A stretch of DNA of 64,000 bases from Eledone cirrhosa (GCA_964016885.1 OZ024742.1:31434001-31498000), one strand, 5' to 3'. Positions 1 to 13,308 are shown, counted from the first letter of the stretch. Program-made: numbers and translations. Notes: generated from the letters alone by a model not told the origin.

Positions 1-384
1 CAGACGCTGGAAGAAGTCGGCTCTTTCCGCCCCGAAGGGGGCATAAAGACCGACCAGTCTGAAAGCCCCGCCTTCACCGCCTCCGACGTCCAGCACCAGT
101 AATCGACCCCCCGGGTCCGAGTGAACAATCTGTACGTCGAGAGCCAGACGTTTATCCAGCAGTACGGCAACCCCCCCCCCCCCCCGCCTCCGGGTTGACA
201 GAGAGATGCGTGCATCTCAAAGTCATCGAAGGCGGGCGCCAGCTGTCTCACGCTGCTGATCCGACTCTCGCAAACAACCATCACATCTATACTTTGTGAC
301 CTGAGGTCACTTAGAAGCTTTGCTTGCTTCCAAGCTGAGCCCAGGCCACGCGCGTTCAAACAGCCAACTCTCAATTGATCTATT
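1..384 (-). pseudogene. LINE ORF2 N-terminal apurinic-like endonuclease domain (partial)
   Basis: Manual translation gives IDQLRVGCLNARGLGSAWKQ...DVMVVCESR...GVAVLL...DPGGRLLVLD...RLVGLYAP, matching APE/EEP motifs; reading frame uncertain across the C-run at about 171-185; not in the ORF track. Confidence 0.85.
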
Positions 385-2218
385 TTGGTGTTGAAAGTGA
401 AGAAAGAAAAGCACCTACCTCTCCGGGTTGTGTAATTTCCATGGCATCAGGTGTGTTGGGTGGAGGGATGTTTTGTGGTGGTGTGGGGGTACACGTGTGT
501 GGTGGGGTTGGGGTATTTGGAGTTGTGTCAGGGAGAGGGGCGGTTATGGGGAAATCTTTCAAGAGGACGCGATTTAACGGTTTTAAACAGGGGGGGGGCT
601 CACGTCCTGTCTAAATTGTTCTTTTAAGGAACGATAAAGGTCCAGAGGGACCTTTATCATTTTTAAATGGGTGAAGTTCTCTGTTGAGATAAAGTTTGGC
701 CCTTCGGTCTGCACCATAGGGTTATTGTTTATTAATTTAACCAGTTTTTTGTTTTCTTTATTTATATATGTGTATTGCAACGTCTTTTTTTGTGATGCTG
801 TCAATGTTTCGGAGAGGGGAGGCGCAGATTTATTTTTGTTTGTTGAGGCTGAGGTGTTTTTGATTGGAGTTGGTGTTTGTGTGTGGGTTATTTGTGGTGT
901 GCTGGGTGTGTGTTTTCTTTTTTTTCTTTTAACTTGTCTGAAGGCTTCGCCTCCTTCTTCTTCAGAAGTTGGGGGAAACTCTTCAGCGCTAGGTGGGAGG
1001 GACGTGTTGTGTGGTTGTTTTTTTTTTGCGGGAGGGGTAAATTTGTTACTGTTTTTTTAATTATTTGTTTGGAATGGGTTTTGTGGTGGTGGTGGTGGTG
1101 GTAATGTTTGTCGTGCTTGTGGTTGGTGATGGTGGTGGTGATGTTTGTGTTGTGGTGGTGATTTTTGTGTCGTGCTTGTGTTTGGTGCTGGTGGTGGTGA
1201 TGTTTGTGTTGTGTTTGTGGTTGGTGGTGTCTGTATTTTGTTTGCTGTGTGTGGTATTAGTGTATTTTTGGAGGTGGGTGGTGTTGGTGTACTGTTTGTG
1301 GTGGGTGTGGGCAATAGTCCTTTTTGGGGGATACGTTTCGGGCAGTTAGCCTTAACGTGTCCCCTTTCCGTGCATAAATAGCATGCTGGTCTTCTCCCCT
1401 CTACAATTATATCTATTGGGGTGAGGTCATCCAGCCAGATGTGATCCGGGATTTGTGCTATTCTTTCGGGCCTCATTTGGACTAGTATGTCGAGGCCCAT
1501 TCCCAGGAACGCATCTCCAGTTGCCTTCCCCATTGACAGCATTGTGTCTTCGCCCATGTCTATGAAGCCAGCAATAGACCACCAGAAGTCCATTGTGGGC
1601 AGCATTGTTTTTACTTTTACTCTCTGTGTTCTTCTACCCATGTAGGAGGGATAGAAGCTGTATGTTGTCAATGAGAGTGGGCTTAGGGAAAGCTTCTGTG
1701 CCGTTTCCTTGTCTTTTGTTAAGACCGAAATGCTGCCATAGAGTCGGTCCTTTCGTATGAAGAGAATATTCTTCATATAGTCTTTTAGGACCAACTCTAT
1801 ATCCATTTGGCTGGGCTGTGCTGGCTTTCTTGTTTGGTTCAATATAGTTCTGAAGAGAACTGTGCTCTCTGTTCTCGCTTTCTTGAATTCTGGGGGGGGG
1901 GGGGGAGTTAATGGAAAACATTCCGTTCTCCCCCAAGACTATTTGTTTTTTCGCTTCGGCCAGTTTTTCTCTGGCGGCAGTTAAGTCAATTGGTGTATAT
2001 GTTATGGACTGTTTTGTTTTCTGGGCGAAAGTTGCCCTGTTGTTATTTGTATTATTTTCTGTTTGTTTGTTTTCCGTTTGCTCATTTTCCTTAACATTTG
2101 TTTTTTCCTTTTCCTTGTTTGTTTCGTTGTCTAATTTTGTTGTAATTATTTTTTGTTCTTCAGACTTGGGGGGCGTGGCAGAGCTAATGGCAGACATGTC
2201 TGCCATCTTTTCCGCCAT
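380..2218 (-). pseudogene. LINE ORF1 (gag-like nucleic-acid chaperone), frameshifted
   Basis: ORFs 1634..2245, 1057..1842, 583..804 and 380..562 are collinear; CCHC knuckle CYLCTERGHVKANC; Pro/Thr-rich tail; breaks fall at or near homopolymers such as the G-run at 1892-1906. Confidence 0.8.
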
Positions 2219-2440
2219 GCTGCCAAGAAAGAAATTTTTCGGCAAAAAAATAGATATTTATTTTAGCCCCTAAAAAGGGGGTAAATGCAAAAATGTTTCC
2301 CTAAATAACAGGGGTTAGTGTTCCAAATGTGTTGCACTGAAAAATTTATCTGGTACTTACTATAGTAAGGGTAAATCCCGATGGAATAGCGGAGCCGATG
2401 TGAAGCGTGTCTTACTCTATCAAGAGAGATAGATAAATAG

Positions 2441-2471
<31 letters not shown>

Positions 2472-2477
2472 GATAGA

Positions 2478-3190
2478 TATAAATGAGAGGTATAGAGATT
2501 GTTTTAGCGATAAGCTAATAGTATTCTATAACATATATGCGACTATAACGTCAAGATGGGAAAAGTAGTTAACGTAAGATTTAGGAATAATAATTCAAAC
2601 TCATCTCAAAAGAGAATCAGGATATAAATTCATCCACAGAATTTAGTGAAATCCATGGAAAAATCAATAGACCTTTAACTCATGATAAAATAAAGTTTAA
2701 ACACTTATCCTTCAATTTGGAATAACATCAAATGCTCTGTATAGTCTTAAAAGACTATTTCATGAAAACTTTCAGTGGAGATGGTCACGGTTGGATTTCA
2801 ATCGTCAGCAGAGCTCTCACAGTATTATAATCCGAAAAAGGGAATTCTAAAACTGGCTAGTTCGCCATCATGTGTAATTATGAAAAAGCACATGAGGAAA
2901 AACAGGGCTAGTGACGTCAGGATGAAAGTGAATGTTTATTTACAAGAAATAGCAGTCAAATACATTCTGAAAAAAACTCTACAAAGGGAGTTCAGCAAAT
3001 AGCAATAATTATCACAGTTTTTATAAAAAAAACCGGGATTAGTCACAGATAGTTTAAGCACTCTAGGAAAAGAATCCGAGTATAAGTATAAATGAGAGGT
3101 ATAGAGATTGTTTTAGCGAGAAGCTAATAGTATTCTATAACATATATGCGACTATAACGTCAAGATGGGAAAAGTAGTTAACGTAAGATA
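2478..3190 (-). mobile_element. Non-coding HHR element, family Y: about 609-bp monomer plus about 100-bp terminal direct repeat
   Basis: 2481-2580 is repeated at 3090-3190; homologous copies at about 12975-13400 and 17330-17785. Confidence 0.7.
2734..2814 (-). ncRNA. Type I hammerhead ribozyme with full stem III
   Basis: Minus strand reads gctctg CTGACGA ttgaaa...tttcat GAAA tagtc-ttttaa-gacta TA cagagc; stem I 6 bp, stem III at least 5 bp. Confidence 0.8.
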
Positions 3191-4329
3191 TAGATTGATA
3201 GATAGATAGATTGAAACTATAATGCAACAAATTAATTAAAACACTCATATATATATATATATGACTTTTAATTAATTTGTTGCATTATAGTTTACCAACC
3301 TGAACCACCGGTTCTACCTATTGGTAAATAGCCTAACATAAATGGTATATATATATATGTATATATATAATGGTATATATATATGTATATATATATATGT
3401 GTGTGTGTTTAATTTTGACAGCCATGAAACTTATGTTTGTCATTTCAAACTAAGAAACAGTACTTTGTTTATTTCAATACATATTTCCAATAACAATAAT
3501 ATCACAAAACAACCTTATTTCGTTTACTGACGAATACATGATGAACAGATACCGGTACAAGGACAAAACAGAGCCGAAAATCTGCGTCTCCCTCACCATC
3601 CTCCGGGGAAACACTTTCTCTATTCTGTCCGCCGGGGCCAGCCAGCGTGCGGACCCCCATTTGCTCATAATAGTGAGGAGAGGAGAGCCGGAGACAGCGA
3701 CAGTGGGAGTTTGTTCTTTTGTGTTCAGACGTGGTGTATATGTATATGTTTCACACACGCACACACTCACAATAACCATCTAACCCACCAACAAACCACA
3801 ATTAAATACATAACAAAGGTTAATAACAACAGCACAGATATATTCTAGCAAATATTAGTGAAACTTATTCATTCATTAGATATCTAGAACGATAAAATTT
3901 ACTTTTAGAATTAGTTAATTCAACCCCATGACTTACCGTTAAATATGTCCTATAACGACAACCAAAAGTAACAGCAACGTGCGGGAATAATTAAATAAAC
4001 TTTGTCATAGGCTTCAATCAAACGATTCGAATTATTAATGATAACGAGATTAAAAACAGATCCGAGTGAAAAAATTCCTTTACATTTTTTCTTGTTTTTT
4101 TTTTATGGAATATAAAGTTTGGTTAACAAAATATATTTAATGAGATCAATAGCAACAGGAGCAGCAGACTTTACACATTGAAGTCGTGTGGAGGCGTTAA
4201 TTTTACCTTTTCAAACCCCACCAGTAAGAAAACCTGACCTCATTTGTGTATGTATATATATATATATATATCAACAGAGAAAAAGAAAACAATTTGTCAT
4301 TGATATACGAGTTTGGCATATGTTAAACT

Positions 4330-4378
<49 letters not shown>

Positions 4379-4495
4379 ATACATTATATATATATATATT
4401 ATATATATATTTTATACATAAAATTTTGCTCTGTTACTTACATAGAGCACTCTTCACTTCTATGACCTTTTCTGTTTCCAACGGAAATTTCAATA

Positions 4496-4568
<73 letters not shown>

Positions 4569-4758
4569 ATGGAGGCAGTAAAAACGAGTTAAACCATTAC
4601 TCACCAGAGTACTCGACACTTGAGGTAGTAGAGTGTGCAATATGAAAAGGTTCGGATCTAACTGTTGAAACGGCTACACACACATATATATATATTATAT
4701 TTAGAGTTATAAACTCAAACAGTCCTTTACAATTAATTAGCTCAAAGAAAGAAACATT

Positions 4759-4824
<66 letters not shown>

Positions 4825-4837
4825 AGATTGGCTAGTT

Positions 4838-5473
4838 CGGCGATATCCAATTTTAGGGGACTAAATGCTGCTTACGTGCTGTAGTTGCTGCTTACTTGTA
4901 TGAGGCTATTCCAACAAATTTACATTCCCTTTTTTTTAGCCGTTAAAAGAAATATAGATTTATTTATTGTTTTTTTTTGCGATTTATTTGCCACTGGGAA
5001 AAGAAACCCCTTGGAAAAGAAATGACCCAGATGCGTTTGCAACGAGGAAACTGTGGGGATATGTAGCCGGCCAACAAATGGTCCTCTTCTTCCGATACCA
5101 CTTCGAAAGAAGGATCAAGGTGGAGTGAAAGTAGCAATAATGGCCCGTGTAAGTGGGCCATCTCTCTATATCGGCTTGTACAGGTAAGAGAAGAAGGGAG
5201 CACCCCCCTCTCTCTCTGTGCTCCCTGGCAGAAAGGTCGCACACTTTCTACGGGGGTGTGTGTGACCCCAAAAGGCTGCCTAACGTGGCAAATAAAGAAA
5301 TCTATGCCCAGTGGCAAATAAATCGCAAAAAAAAACCAATAAATAAATCTATATTTCTTTTAACGGCTAAAAAAAAGGGAATGTAAATTTGTTGGAATAC
5401 ATTGAAGTAAGCAGCAACTACAGCACGTAAGCAGCATCAGCAGCATTTAGTCCACTAAAATTGGATATCGCCG
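4838..5473. mobile_element. Fold-back element with about 160-bp inverted arms enclosing an internally deleted Tx1 3' fragment
   Basis: 4838-4998 is the reverse complement of 5307-5473; 5000-5305 aligns in pieces to 15790-16490. Confidence 0.7.
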
Positions 5474-6049
5474 TTAGTTCTATCTATAATTATTGTTTGT
5501 TTACTCGAATAATGCAAAATACGCCCAGATTTCTGAATTTGTACGAACGTGATTTCGTTTTATTGATTTCTTTACTTCGATAAATTATATTGGGAGATAT
5601 TGTAGATTATTTCAGTCTAATTTGTATTATGTTGCTTGGTTTGCTAATTAAATAACAATGTCTTTCGAGGCTGACATGTTAAATGTAAACAACAGTTGCC
5701 TTCGTCAAATTTTTAATTTGTTCATTGTTGATAACAAAAGTTATCTCCCCTGACAGAACATTATTACCGGTAATTGTTTAACCCAAGGCCATCATTAATC
5801 TAGCAGACCTATGATTAAATACGTTCCTGTTGTAACCATCCTGTCTTCTTTTTGTTTTTCTTTTCTTTATTTTAAAGACATAGTATACTCGTATCTATAA
5901 TGTGATCAGCCACTTATACGTTAATATCACAAGGAGGGAGCTGTTCCGTTGATCGAACAGCTCGAACACTCATCGTCGAAAGCGAAGACGGCTCATCGAT
6001 TTCGAATGATTTTAAATGATAAACATAATAAATACAATGATAAACATAA

Positions 6050-6260
6050 TAAATCTCTCCTCGCTGACCTCGATACTTGTATCCGAGCAGCAGCCGAAGA
6101 GATATGCAACGTCAAGTTTGACGACATTGGATGGCAACAGGCCACTTTACCTGTCAGGTATGGCGGCCTTGGTCTCCGGTCCCCGATCTCACTGGCTTTA
6201 CCAGCGTTTCTTTCGTCGGTAACCTCATGCCGCGTCCTCGTTACCAGGGTTCTTCAAAAC
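6050..6260 (+). pseudogene. CRE-like (restriction-like endonuclease clade) non-LTR RT fragment
   Basis: WQQATLPVRYGGLGLRS...ALPAFLSS resembles the post-RT motif of CRE/R2-type elements. Confidence 0.6.
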
Positions 6261-6747
6261 ACAATAGAATAAATGATTAGTTGCCCAGCTGTGGCTGAAG
6301 TAACTAATATATTTTATTATATTATAGACACATAAATCTTTAGAGTCGATGGATCACAGGACTCAATTTCTTTGTGGTATTCAGTTTCCTACATATAATT
6401 TCTAATTACTACTACTAATACTACTGCTAACGTTACTCCACTGCTGCTGCTATTACCATAAATATGTAAACATAGATTTCACTTCACCCAATGACGTTGA
6501 TCCAAATAGACAAGAGAGAGGCATACTAAGATATATTCAGGATACTAAGTTATTATTATTATACTATTACTACTAATATCATCATAGCTTTTACTTCTCT
6601 CTTCACCCCCATTTCCATCTCGCCAAGTTTTTGGCAGGGGGGAGGTGAAAAGATCAATATTTTTATCAAATAAAATTAATTTAAAATATTTTAAGGGGGG
6701 TAACTATGTAGTTGCATTTAAGAGTTTTGTCCCCTGTTATTTCTTAC

Positions 6748-6835
<88 letters not shown>

Positions 6836-6992
6836 TCTCTCTCTCTCTCACGCACACAAATATAGCTTCGAAATGACCAGAGCCCAGCTGTCGGGCCTCG
6901 ACTCTTTCTAATATAGCCACACTCAGCTATCCCAATTATCAAGTATTCTGTTGAATAATGGACTGACTAGTTTAACACTGGTTTAAACCTGA

Positions 6993-7024
<32 letters not shown>

Positions 7025-7039
7025 AATAAAAGGGAAGAG

Positions 7040-7690
7040 ATCCATAACTCATCACCGGTGATGATTGTCCCTAGCAAGTCTGGTTCGGTTTCAAAACACT
7101 CGAGGATGTCCTGGCACACTTGCATGCGTCGAGCCTTCTGGTCATCGTTCAGTAATTTTGGCACCATCTTCGCGCAGACTTTCCGCATGTCCAAATCTTC
7201 AGTGAGAATCTTCCAGACGCTGTGCCGATTCATGCCCAGCTGATTTGCCATCAGTCGAACAGTCAGCCGACGATCGCTATGCACCATCTGCCGGACGCGC
7301 TGAACGTTGACCTCAGTCCTGGTTGTTGAGGGCCTTCCTCTCCTGGGGTCATCTTCCACGTCCTCGCGCCCTTTTTTAAACCTCTTGCACCAGTCAAAAC
7401 ACGTGAGCGTGACATCGTCTCATCTTCATACACTTGTTGCAGTAATCCCAGTGCTTCAGACGGAGTTTTCAAGTTTGTTCGTTGCTCTGTGCTCATTGCT
7501 TGACGACCTGAAACAGAGAACATGTATATAAAATTATGAAGAAAAGAGTTTGATCGCTGCAGAGAGCTAATATTACAGTTACATACCCCAGGGAGATTAC
7601 TTTGAAGGAGAAAACTCTTAGTGTGAAGTTTTGGTTTGAAATAAATCTTTTGTGACATCAGTCCTGGAACTTTTCTGACACACCTCGTAT
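7040..7690 (-). mobile_element. Mariner transposon, 5' half (left TIR, HTH domain and start of the catalytic domain), frameshifted and truncated
   Basis: EDDPRRGRPST...SDRRLTVR...RKVCAKMVPKLL...IITGDELWI; terminus TA-CGAGGTGTGTCAGAAAAGTTCC at about 7665-7690. Confidence 0.9.
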
Positions 7691-7747
7691 ATATATATAT
7701 ATAAATTCAAGTGAGAAAACAAAGATGATACTTCAAATCATTTTGTT

Positions 7748-7810
7748 AACATCTACACACGTTTCAATTTAAATGTTAACAGGTAGCATTAAAATATCTT
7801 CAGGGCATCC
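7748..7810 (-). ncRNA. Degenerate minimal type I HHR
   Basis: CTGAAGA-(attttaatg/catttaaat)-GAAA-cgtgtg-TA; weak stem I. Confidence 0.45.
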
Positions 7811-7902
7811 ATGTAAGATCTGGAAAATGTAAGTCGCAAAGTAAAACAAGAATTCATGGGTAATAAAGTATATATTCATCTCTTATATATACATACATAC
7901 AT

Positions 7903-8598
7903 TTGCAATACCATCTTTGTTTGTTTACATGTCTCACTCGCTTCACGCTATATTACTTGTCCCAATAGCTTTATTTAGCTATTGCTCGCACCAACCAGAA
8001 GTATATGATTTTTAAAGCGATGAAATACCAATGACGGTTGGAAAATCACTGATGAAGGACTAATTTTATTTATATGTAACCCATGTGCAACCACGCAGCT
8101 CTCCATTCTTCCCAGATTTATATTTTTTCCTCAGCTACGATTGTCTGTTTCTTTCTTACTGCTTCCCCCTCTCTCTGTATCTTTCATCTTATTTTACCCC
8201 CTCTGTCGGTCACACTCTCTCTCTCGACTAGACTCTTCCTCACACTTCCACTCGCTCACTCTCTGCTTCTCCCCCTCTCTCACTTCCTCCCGTTTGACCT
8301 GTGTGAAATCCTTTTTCTTGCTCACATCTCACCCATGTCAGATGATCTGTATATCTCACGTCCATGAATTCACCAAGCTTAAACTTAATAGATATCATGT
8401 ACTTGTTTCTTTCTTTCTATCTTTCCGTTGCAATACCATCTTTGTTTGTTTACATGAATCGCTCGCTTCACGCTATATTACTTGTCCCAATAGCTTTATT
8501 TAGCTATTGCTCGCACCAACTAGAGGTATATGATTTTTAAAGCGATGAAATACCAATGACGGTTGGAAAATCACTGATGAAGGACTGATTTTATTTAT
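7903..8598 (+). mobile_element. Non-coding partial-tandem element, family X (about 525-bp monomer, 1.3 copies)
   Basis: 7903-8070 is repeated at 8428-8598; relatives at 20045-20745, 25740-26125 and 27530-27610. Confidence 0.7.
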
Positions 8599-8659
8599 AT
8601 ATATATATAAATGTAATCTGAGCTTTTCGAATATTAATAATAATATTTGATTCGTTTGC

Positions 8660-8710
<51 letters not shown>

Positions 8711-8989
8711 GTGTTTCCGTGGGAAAGGTAAAGGAAAAGAGAGTAGTCTATGTGAGCTACAGAGCTTTTTAGTTATGTAATAAACTAAACCGAAGTCAGA
8801 CGTCTGTGTCAGGCTCGTCTTTCTTCGTGAAACCTTTGGTAAATGAAATAATTATCTTATGTTGTTTATTACATAACTATATATATATATATATATAATG
8901 TAGGAGGTGAGTTTTATTGTAGTACAATAAAGCAATGCAGATATCGGATAAGAAGCACTCTACAGTTTGTAGGACTGGAGTATACATAA

Positions 8990-9318
8990 TATAAGATCAA
9001 AAGATGGTTAAAGGAGTTCCATGTATTTTATTATGCGCATTTCAAAAACAAACATCATCATGCAATAATATTTGTGTTTTCATCAGATAAAACAGGAGAA
9101 CATGATATGAAGGCTAAAAAACACTTGTGGATAGTGCAGTTTTAAATCAACATATCATATGTTGATTTAAAACTGCACTATCCACAAGTGTTTTTTAGCC
9201 TTCATATCATGTCTTCATGTTTTATCTGATGAAAACACAAATATTATTGCACGATGATGTTTGTTTTTGAAATGCGCATAATAAAATACATGGAACTCCT
9301 TTAATCATCTTTTGTTCT

Positions 9319-9323
<5 letters not shown>
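8990..9323. mobile_element. About 330-bp near-perfect hairpin carrying one HHR per arm
   Basis: Arms are reverse complements about a centre near 9156; flanked by (TA)n. Confidence 0.8.
9216..9292 (+). ncRNA. Minimal type I HHR (mirror copy at 9020-9094, minus strand)
   Basis: ttttat CTGATGA [long stem II] GAAA tgcgca TA ataaaa; palindromic ATGCGCAT in place of stem III. Confidence 0.8.
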
Positions 9324-9396
<73 letters not shown>

Positions 9397-9692
9397 ACAA
9401 AGGAATTGTGGTAAGGAACCAGATGGACCATAACGCACCAGAGTACTCAATAGTTAGTCCAGAAATAGCCGTCGAAACGGCTTGAGCTCTGCCGTCGGAG
9501 TCATACTTTTTCCTATGTATATATATATATATATATATATTCAACATATTCCTCTCTCAGATTCACACTTATTGCAGTGGTCCTTCAGGTTTTCTAAGCC
9601 CTGTTAAAGGAACTCGGAAGGTTGGGCATCCAGCCAGGCCTCTCTGTACCTGTGAAGCCAGGGACTTTTCTGCAACTCCTCATATAATATAT

Positions 9693-9798
<106 letters not shown>

Positions 9799-10156
9799 TG
9801 GTGATTTACGGCTGTAAGACGGCTAAACTATTTGGTAGACTGATATGTGTCTGTGTGTATGTATATGTATGTATACATATAAGTATGTATGTATGTAGGT
9901 ATGTGCACAGCTAGGTAGATGAACATATAGGCATATAGGTGTATATATATATATATATATATAAAGAGAGAGAGAGAGAGAGAGAGAGAGATGAGCAGAT
10001 AGGTAGATAAATAGATAAGCAGATAGGTAGATAAATAGATAGGCAAATGGATAGACAGACAAGTAGACAGATAGATAGACAAACAAACAAATAGGTAGAT
10101 AGATATATATCTAGTTAGCTAGTTAGCTAGTTATCTAGCTAGATAGATAGATAGAT

Positions 10157-10255
10157 ATGTTTCTTTATTAGCCACAGGGGCACAAAAGAAGGGGACAAAT
10201 ACAAAGGGGGAAGTTTACATACAATAAAAACGTGTAAAATGTTATCACAAATGCA
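10157..10255 (-). mobile_element. Tx1-family 3' terminal fragment within (GATA)n
   Basis: Minus strand ends ttgtccccttcttttgtgcccctgtggctaataaagaaaca, as at 16544-16584; GATA repeats on both sides. Confidence 0.75.
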
Positions 10256-10283
10256 TAGATAGATAGATAGATAGATAGATAGA

Positions 10284-10890
10284 TTTCTTTATTAGCCACA
10301 AGGGCGCAACAAGAAAGGGGACAATACAAAGACATGCCGGGGATTTTACATACAGTCGTGTAAAAAATATAAAAACAAACAATTTCAACAATCGAAATCC
10401 CCAATAGGGGGGAGGCGCCACAAATGGGTTGTTTAATACCCCGTCGATAGAACAACCCTCAACTCAAGGAGCGTGTTGTGCAAGTGCTCCTTTCTTCCTT
10501 TTGCTCTCTTCCTCAACCTACAGGCTTATAAACAGAGAAGGCCCAATCACTCGGGCCATTTTCGCTTCATTCACCCACCTTTCAGTAAATTTACTGGGGT
10601 GCAGTGCCTCTCTCTCCACCCTGATTCTCCTTCTAAAGTGATACTTAAAGAATGGAATCAATTGTTGTCCGGAGAGAAAGGCATCTGTCCTCAGTCCTCT
10701 CAACCTCGTCCACCATATAACTTCTTTCACCATAGCCACCGTACAGAGGAAAACCGCCTCTCTTTCGTTTTTGAAAGAGTCTGGCGGTTTGATCCTTACT
10801 ATGGACTCGGCAGACAACTGTATTTGTCCCATACGCGACAGCAGTTGTTCTGCATAGTTCCACAGGTCGCTTACGCCCGGGCAGTGTACA

Positions 10891-10891
<1 letters not shown>
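10284..10891 (-). mobile_element. 5'-truncated Tx1 copy (ORF2 C-terminus and 3'UTR) within (GATA)n
   Basis: ORF 10518..10832 (IKPPDSFKNEREAVFLC...EVIWWTRLRGL...ARVIGPSLFISL) is homologous to the end of ORF 15285..16220. Confidence 0.9.
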
Positions 10892-10969
<78 letters not shown>

Positions 10970-11727
10970 TGAAGAAAAAGAGATACTATGAACGAGAGTT
11001 GTGTTGGCATCTGTTGAGCAACAAGTCAAACCATCTGGTAGAAAAGAATTAAAATACCAAAATGAAGTCTTGGGGGATTTTTGTTTTACTCTCGGGATTT
11101 AAGCCTTACCTTCTCATTCTGTAGTTTTGCCCGTGTGCTTAACAGATTCCTTATACTGCTTCCAAACATACCAACGTATGTCAGGGTCAACGTGAATGGA
11201 GCCTCTACCTGGTCGCTCTATTTGCTAGAAATACTAACGAAATCACAATCAATCTCAACAATTTGGATACCAACCCATGTAAAACCTTCCTGGTTCTAAG
11301 CTATTTATTTCAAAATGTTTATTGAATACATTACGTTAAAGCAGCCAAATGCCGTCAAAAGACAGCGATGGGAAAAAATGCCCCAGAGGACAGAGACCAG
11401 CGGCCAGTGGTCAACAGAGAGACAATCCACAAGGTGGGTGACAGGTAGATGAAATATAGAAAAGATTGAGAGAGGATGAGGACAAGGAGAAACCCACCAT
11501 CATAATTTTATGTAAAAAAATGTTCCAAACACCAGCTTAAAATGAAATTGTCAGGTTTATTACTAAAACTCTCCAAATTCTGTTAGTTTGGACAGAAGGT
11601 CCTCACAGTTTTCCAAATTTCTATTGACTTTGGCGTTTTTTGAATCGCCATAATTTGCGATTTCAAGTATTTTGTTATGAACATAATATACACACACTAT
11701 TGGATGTCCATTCTTTTTTAAATATAT

Positions 11728-12420
11728 AATTGTTTCTACTTTTGGCACAAAAGCAATTATCCCAGTGTATTACTGGTACTTTATTTTATCGACCCCGTAA
11801 GGATGAAAGGCAAAGTTAACCTCGGCCGGATTTGAACTCAATCCGTAAAGGGATAACTGTGCTGCAAAGCATGGCGTCCGACCCTCTACCGATACTGCCA
11901 ATCCACCAAATATATAATAGTGGGAAATTGGTGGGAAAATTCATCTATGTTAGAAGTAAATGTGAAAACTGAAGAGATGTTTTCCTCTTATTAAGCCTTA
12001 TCGGCGAAACATAGTCTTCACTGGCTCGTTCGATGTGTAGAAAGAGTATTAAGAATTTAATTAGAAAAACAGTGTGTTAAGGGAAACCGGCTTGTAAAAG
12101 ACTTAGAAAGTATATGGTGTGGTAATGTTATAAAATACAACCAAACGCCGACAAACTGTGAAATAATTGTTTCTACTTTTGGCACAAGGCCAGCAATTAC
12201 CCAGTGCATTACTGGTACTTTATTTTATCGACCCCGTAAGGATGAAAGGCAAAGTTAACCTCGGCGGGATTTGAACTCAGAATGGCAAGGACCATGAAAT
12301 AAACTGTGAAATCATTGTTTCTACTTTTGGCACAAGGCCAGCAATTACCCAGTGTATTACTGGTACTTTATTTTATCGACCCCGTAAGGATGAAAGGCAA
12401 AGTTAACCTCGGCGGGATGT
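11728..12420 (-). mobile_element. Cluster of three tRNA-derived SINE copies (family 1)
   Basis: Shared body (sense) gagttcaaatcccgccgaggttaactttgcctttcatccttacggggtcgataaaataaagtaccag with a B-box; copies at about 11728-11908, 12163-12285 and 12312-12420. Confidence 0.8.
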
Positions 12421-12520
12421 GAAATAATGATGACAAATATATCATAGAAGATTTTGCTGTTGCTGCTTGTTGACTGAATATCCAGCTGGAGATTTGTCTT
12501 TGTAAATCATTAGGATGTAC

Positions 12521-12554
<34 letters not shown>

Positions 12555-12633
12555 GCATGCATACATATACACACATGCAGATTACAGTCAAATATAATGT
12601 GTGTATATAAATATGAATATGTATATATGTAAG

Positions 12634-12698
<65 letters not shown>

Positions 12699-12807
12699 AA
12701 TTAGTATATCTACCAACATATGTATACAGATGCATACCTAAGCTAGCAAATATATATGTTATGTCTTAGTAACTTTGTGATTCTATGCAAGGGGATGCAC
12801 AACAATT

Positions 12808-12920
12808 ATATGAAAGACGTAAACAAGAAAATTATGAAAATCGACTTACTTACTAAAATTTCACTCCAGGAGTGAAATTTTAGTAAGTAAGTCGATTTTC
12901 ATAATTTTCTTATTTACGTC

Positions 12921-12928
<8 letters not shown>
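12808..12928. repeat. About 120-bp near-perfect palindrome
   Basis: atatgaaagacgtaaa...tttcactcc a ggagtgaaa...tttacgtctttcatat; the arm resembles 17225-17283. Confidence 0.85.
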
Positions 12929-12980
<52 letters not shown>

Positions 12981-13228
12981 GAAAGGTATAGAAAACATTG
13001 TAGCGAAAAGCCAACAGTATTCCATAATATATAAGTGACTATATCGTCAAAATGGGAAAAATAGTTAACGTAAGATGTAGGAAAAATAATTCAAACTCAT
13101 CTCAAAGAGAATCAGGATATAGATTCGTCCACAGAATTTAGTGAAATCCAGGGAAAATCAATAGAGCCTTAACTCATGATAAAATAAAGTTTAAAATACT
13201 CATCCTTCAATTTGGAAAAACTTCAAAT

Positions 13229-13308
13229 GCTCTGTATAGTCTTAAAGACTATTTCACGAAAACTTTCAGTGGAGATAGTCACGGTTGGAATTCATTCCTC
13301 AGCAGAGC
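13229..13308 (-). ncRNA. Type I HHR, family Y copy 2
   Basis: gctctg CTGAGGA atgaa...ttcgt GAAA tagtc-tttaa-gacta TA cagagc. Confidence 0.8.

Larger units (their letters stand above)
1..2425 (-). mobile_element. 5' part of a Tx1/L1-clade non-LTR retrotransposon (5'UTR, ORF1, start of ORF2), running off the window start
   Basis: Zinc-knuckle ORF1 followed by an AP-endonuclease reading frame; the 5' end abuts (GATA)n at about 2427-2479. Confidence 0.88.

Noticed and set aside
11563-11748. Possible host exon (ILEIANYGDSKNAKVNRNLENCEDLL)
   Set aside because: No recognisable homology or partner exons, and the ORF start lies in a SINE tail; small host exons cannot be excluded without RNA-seq
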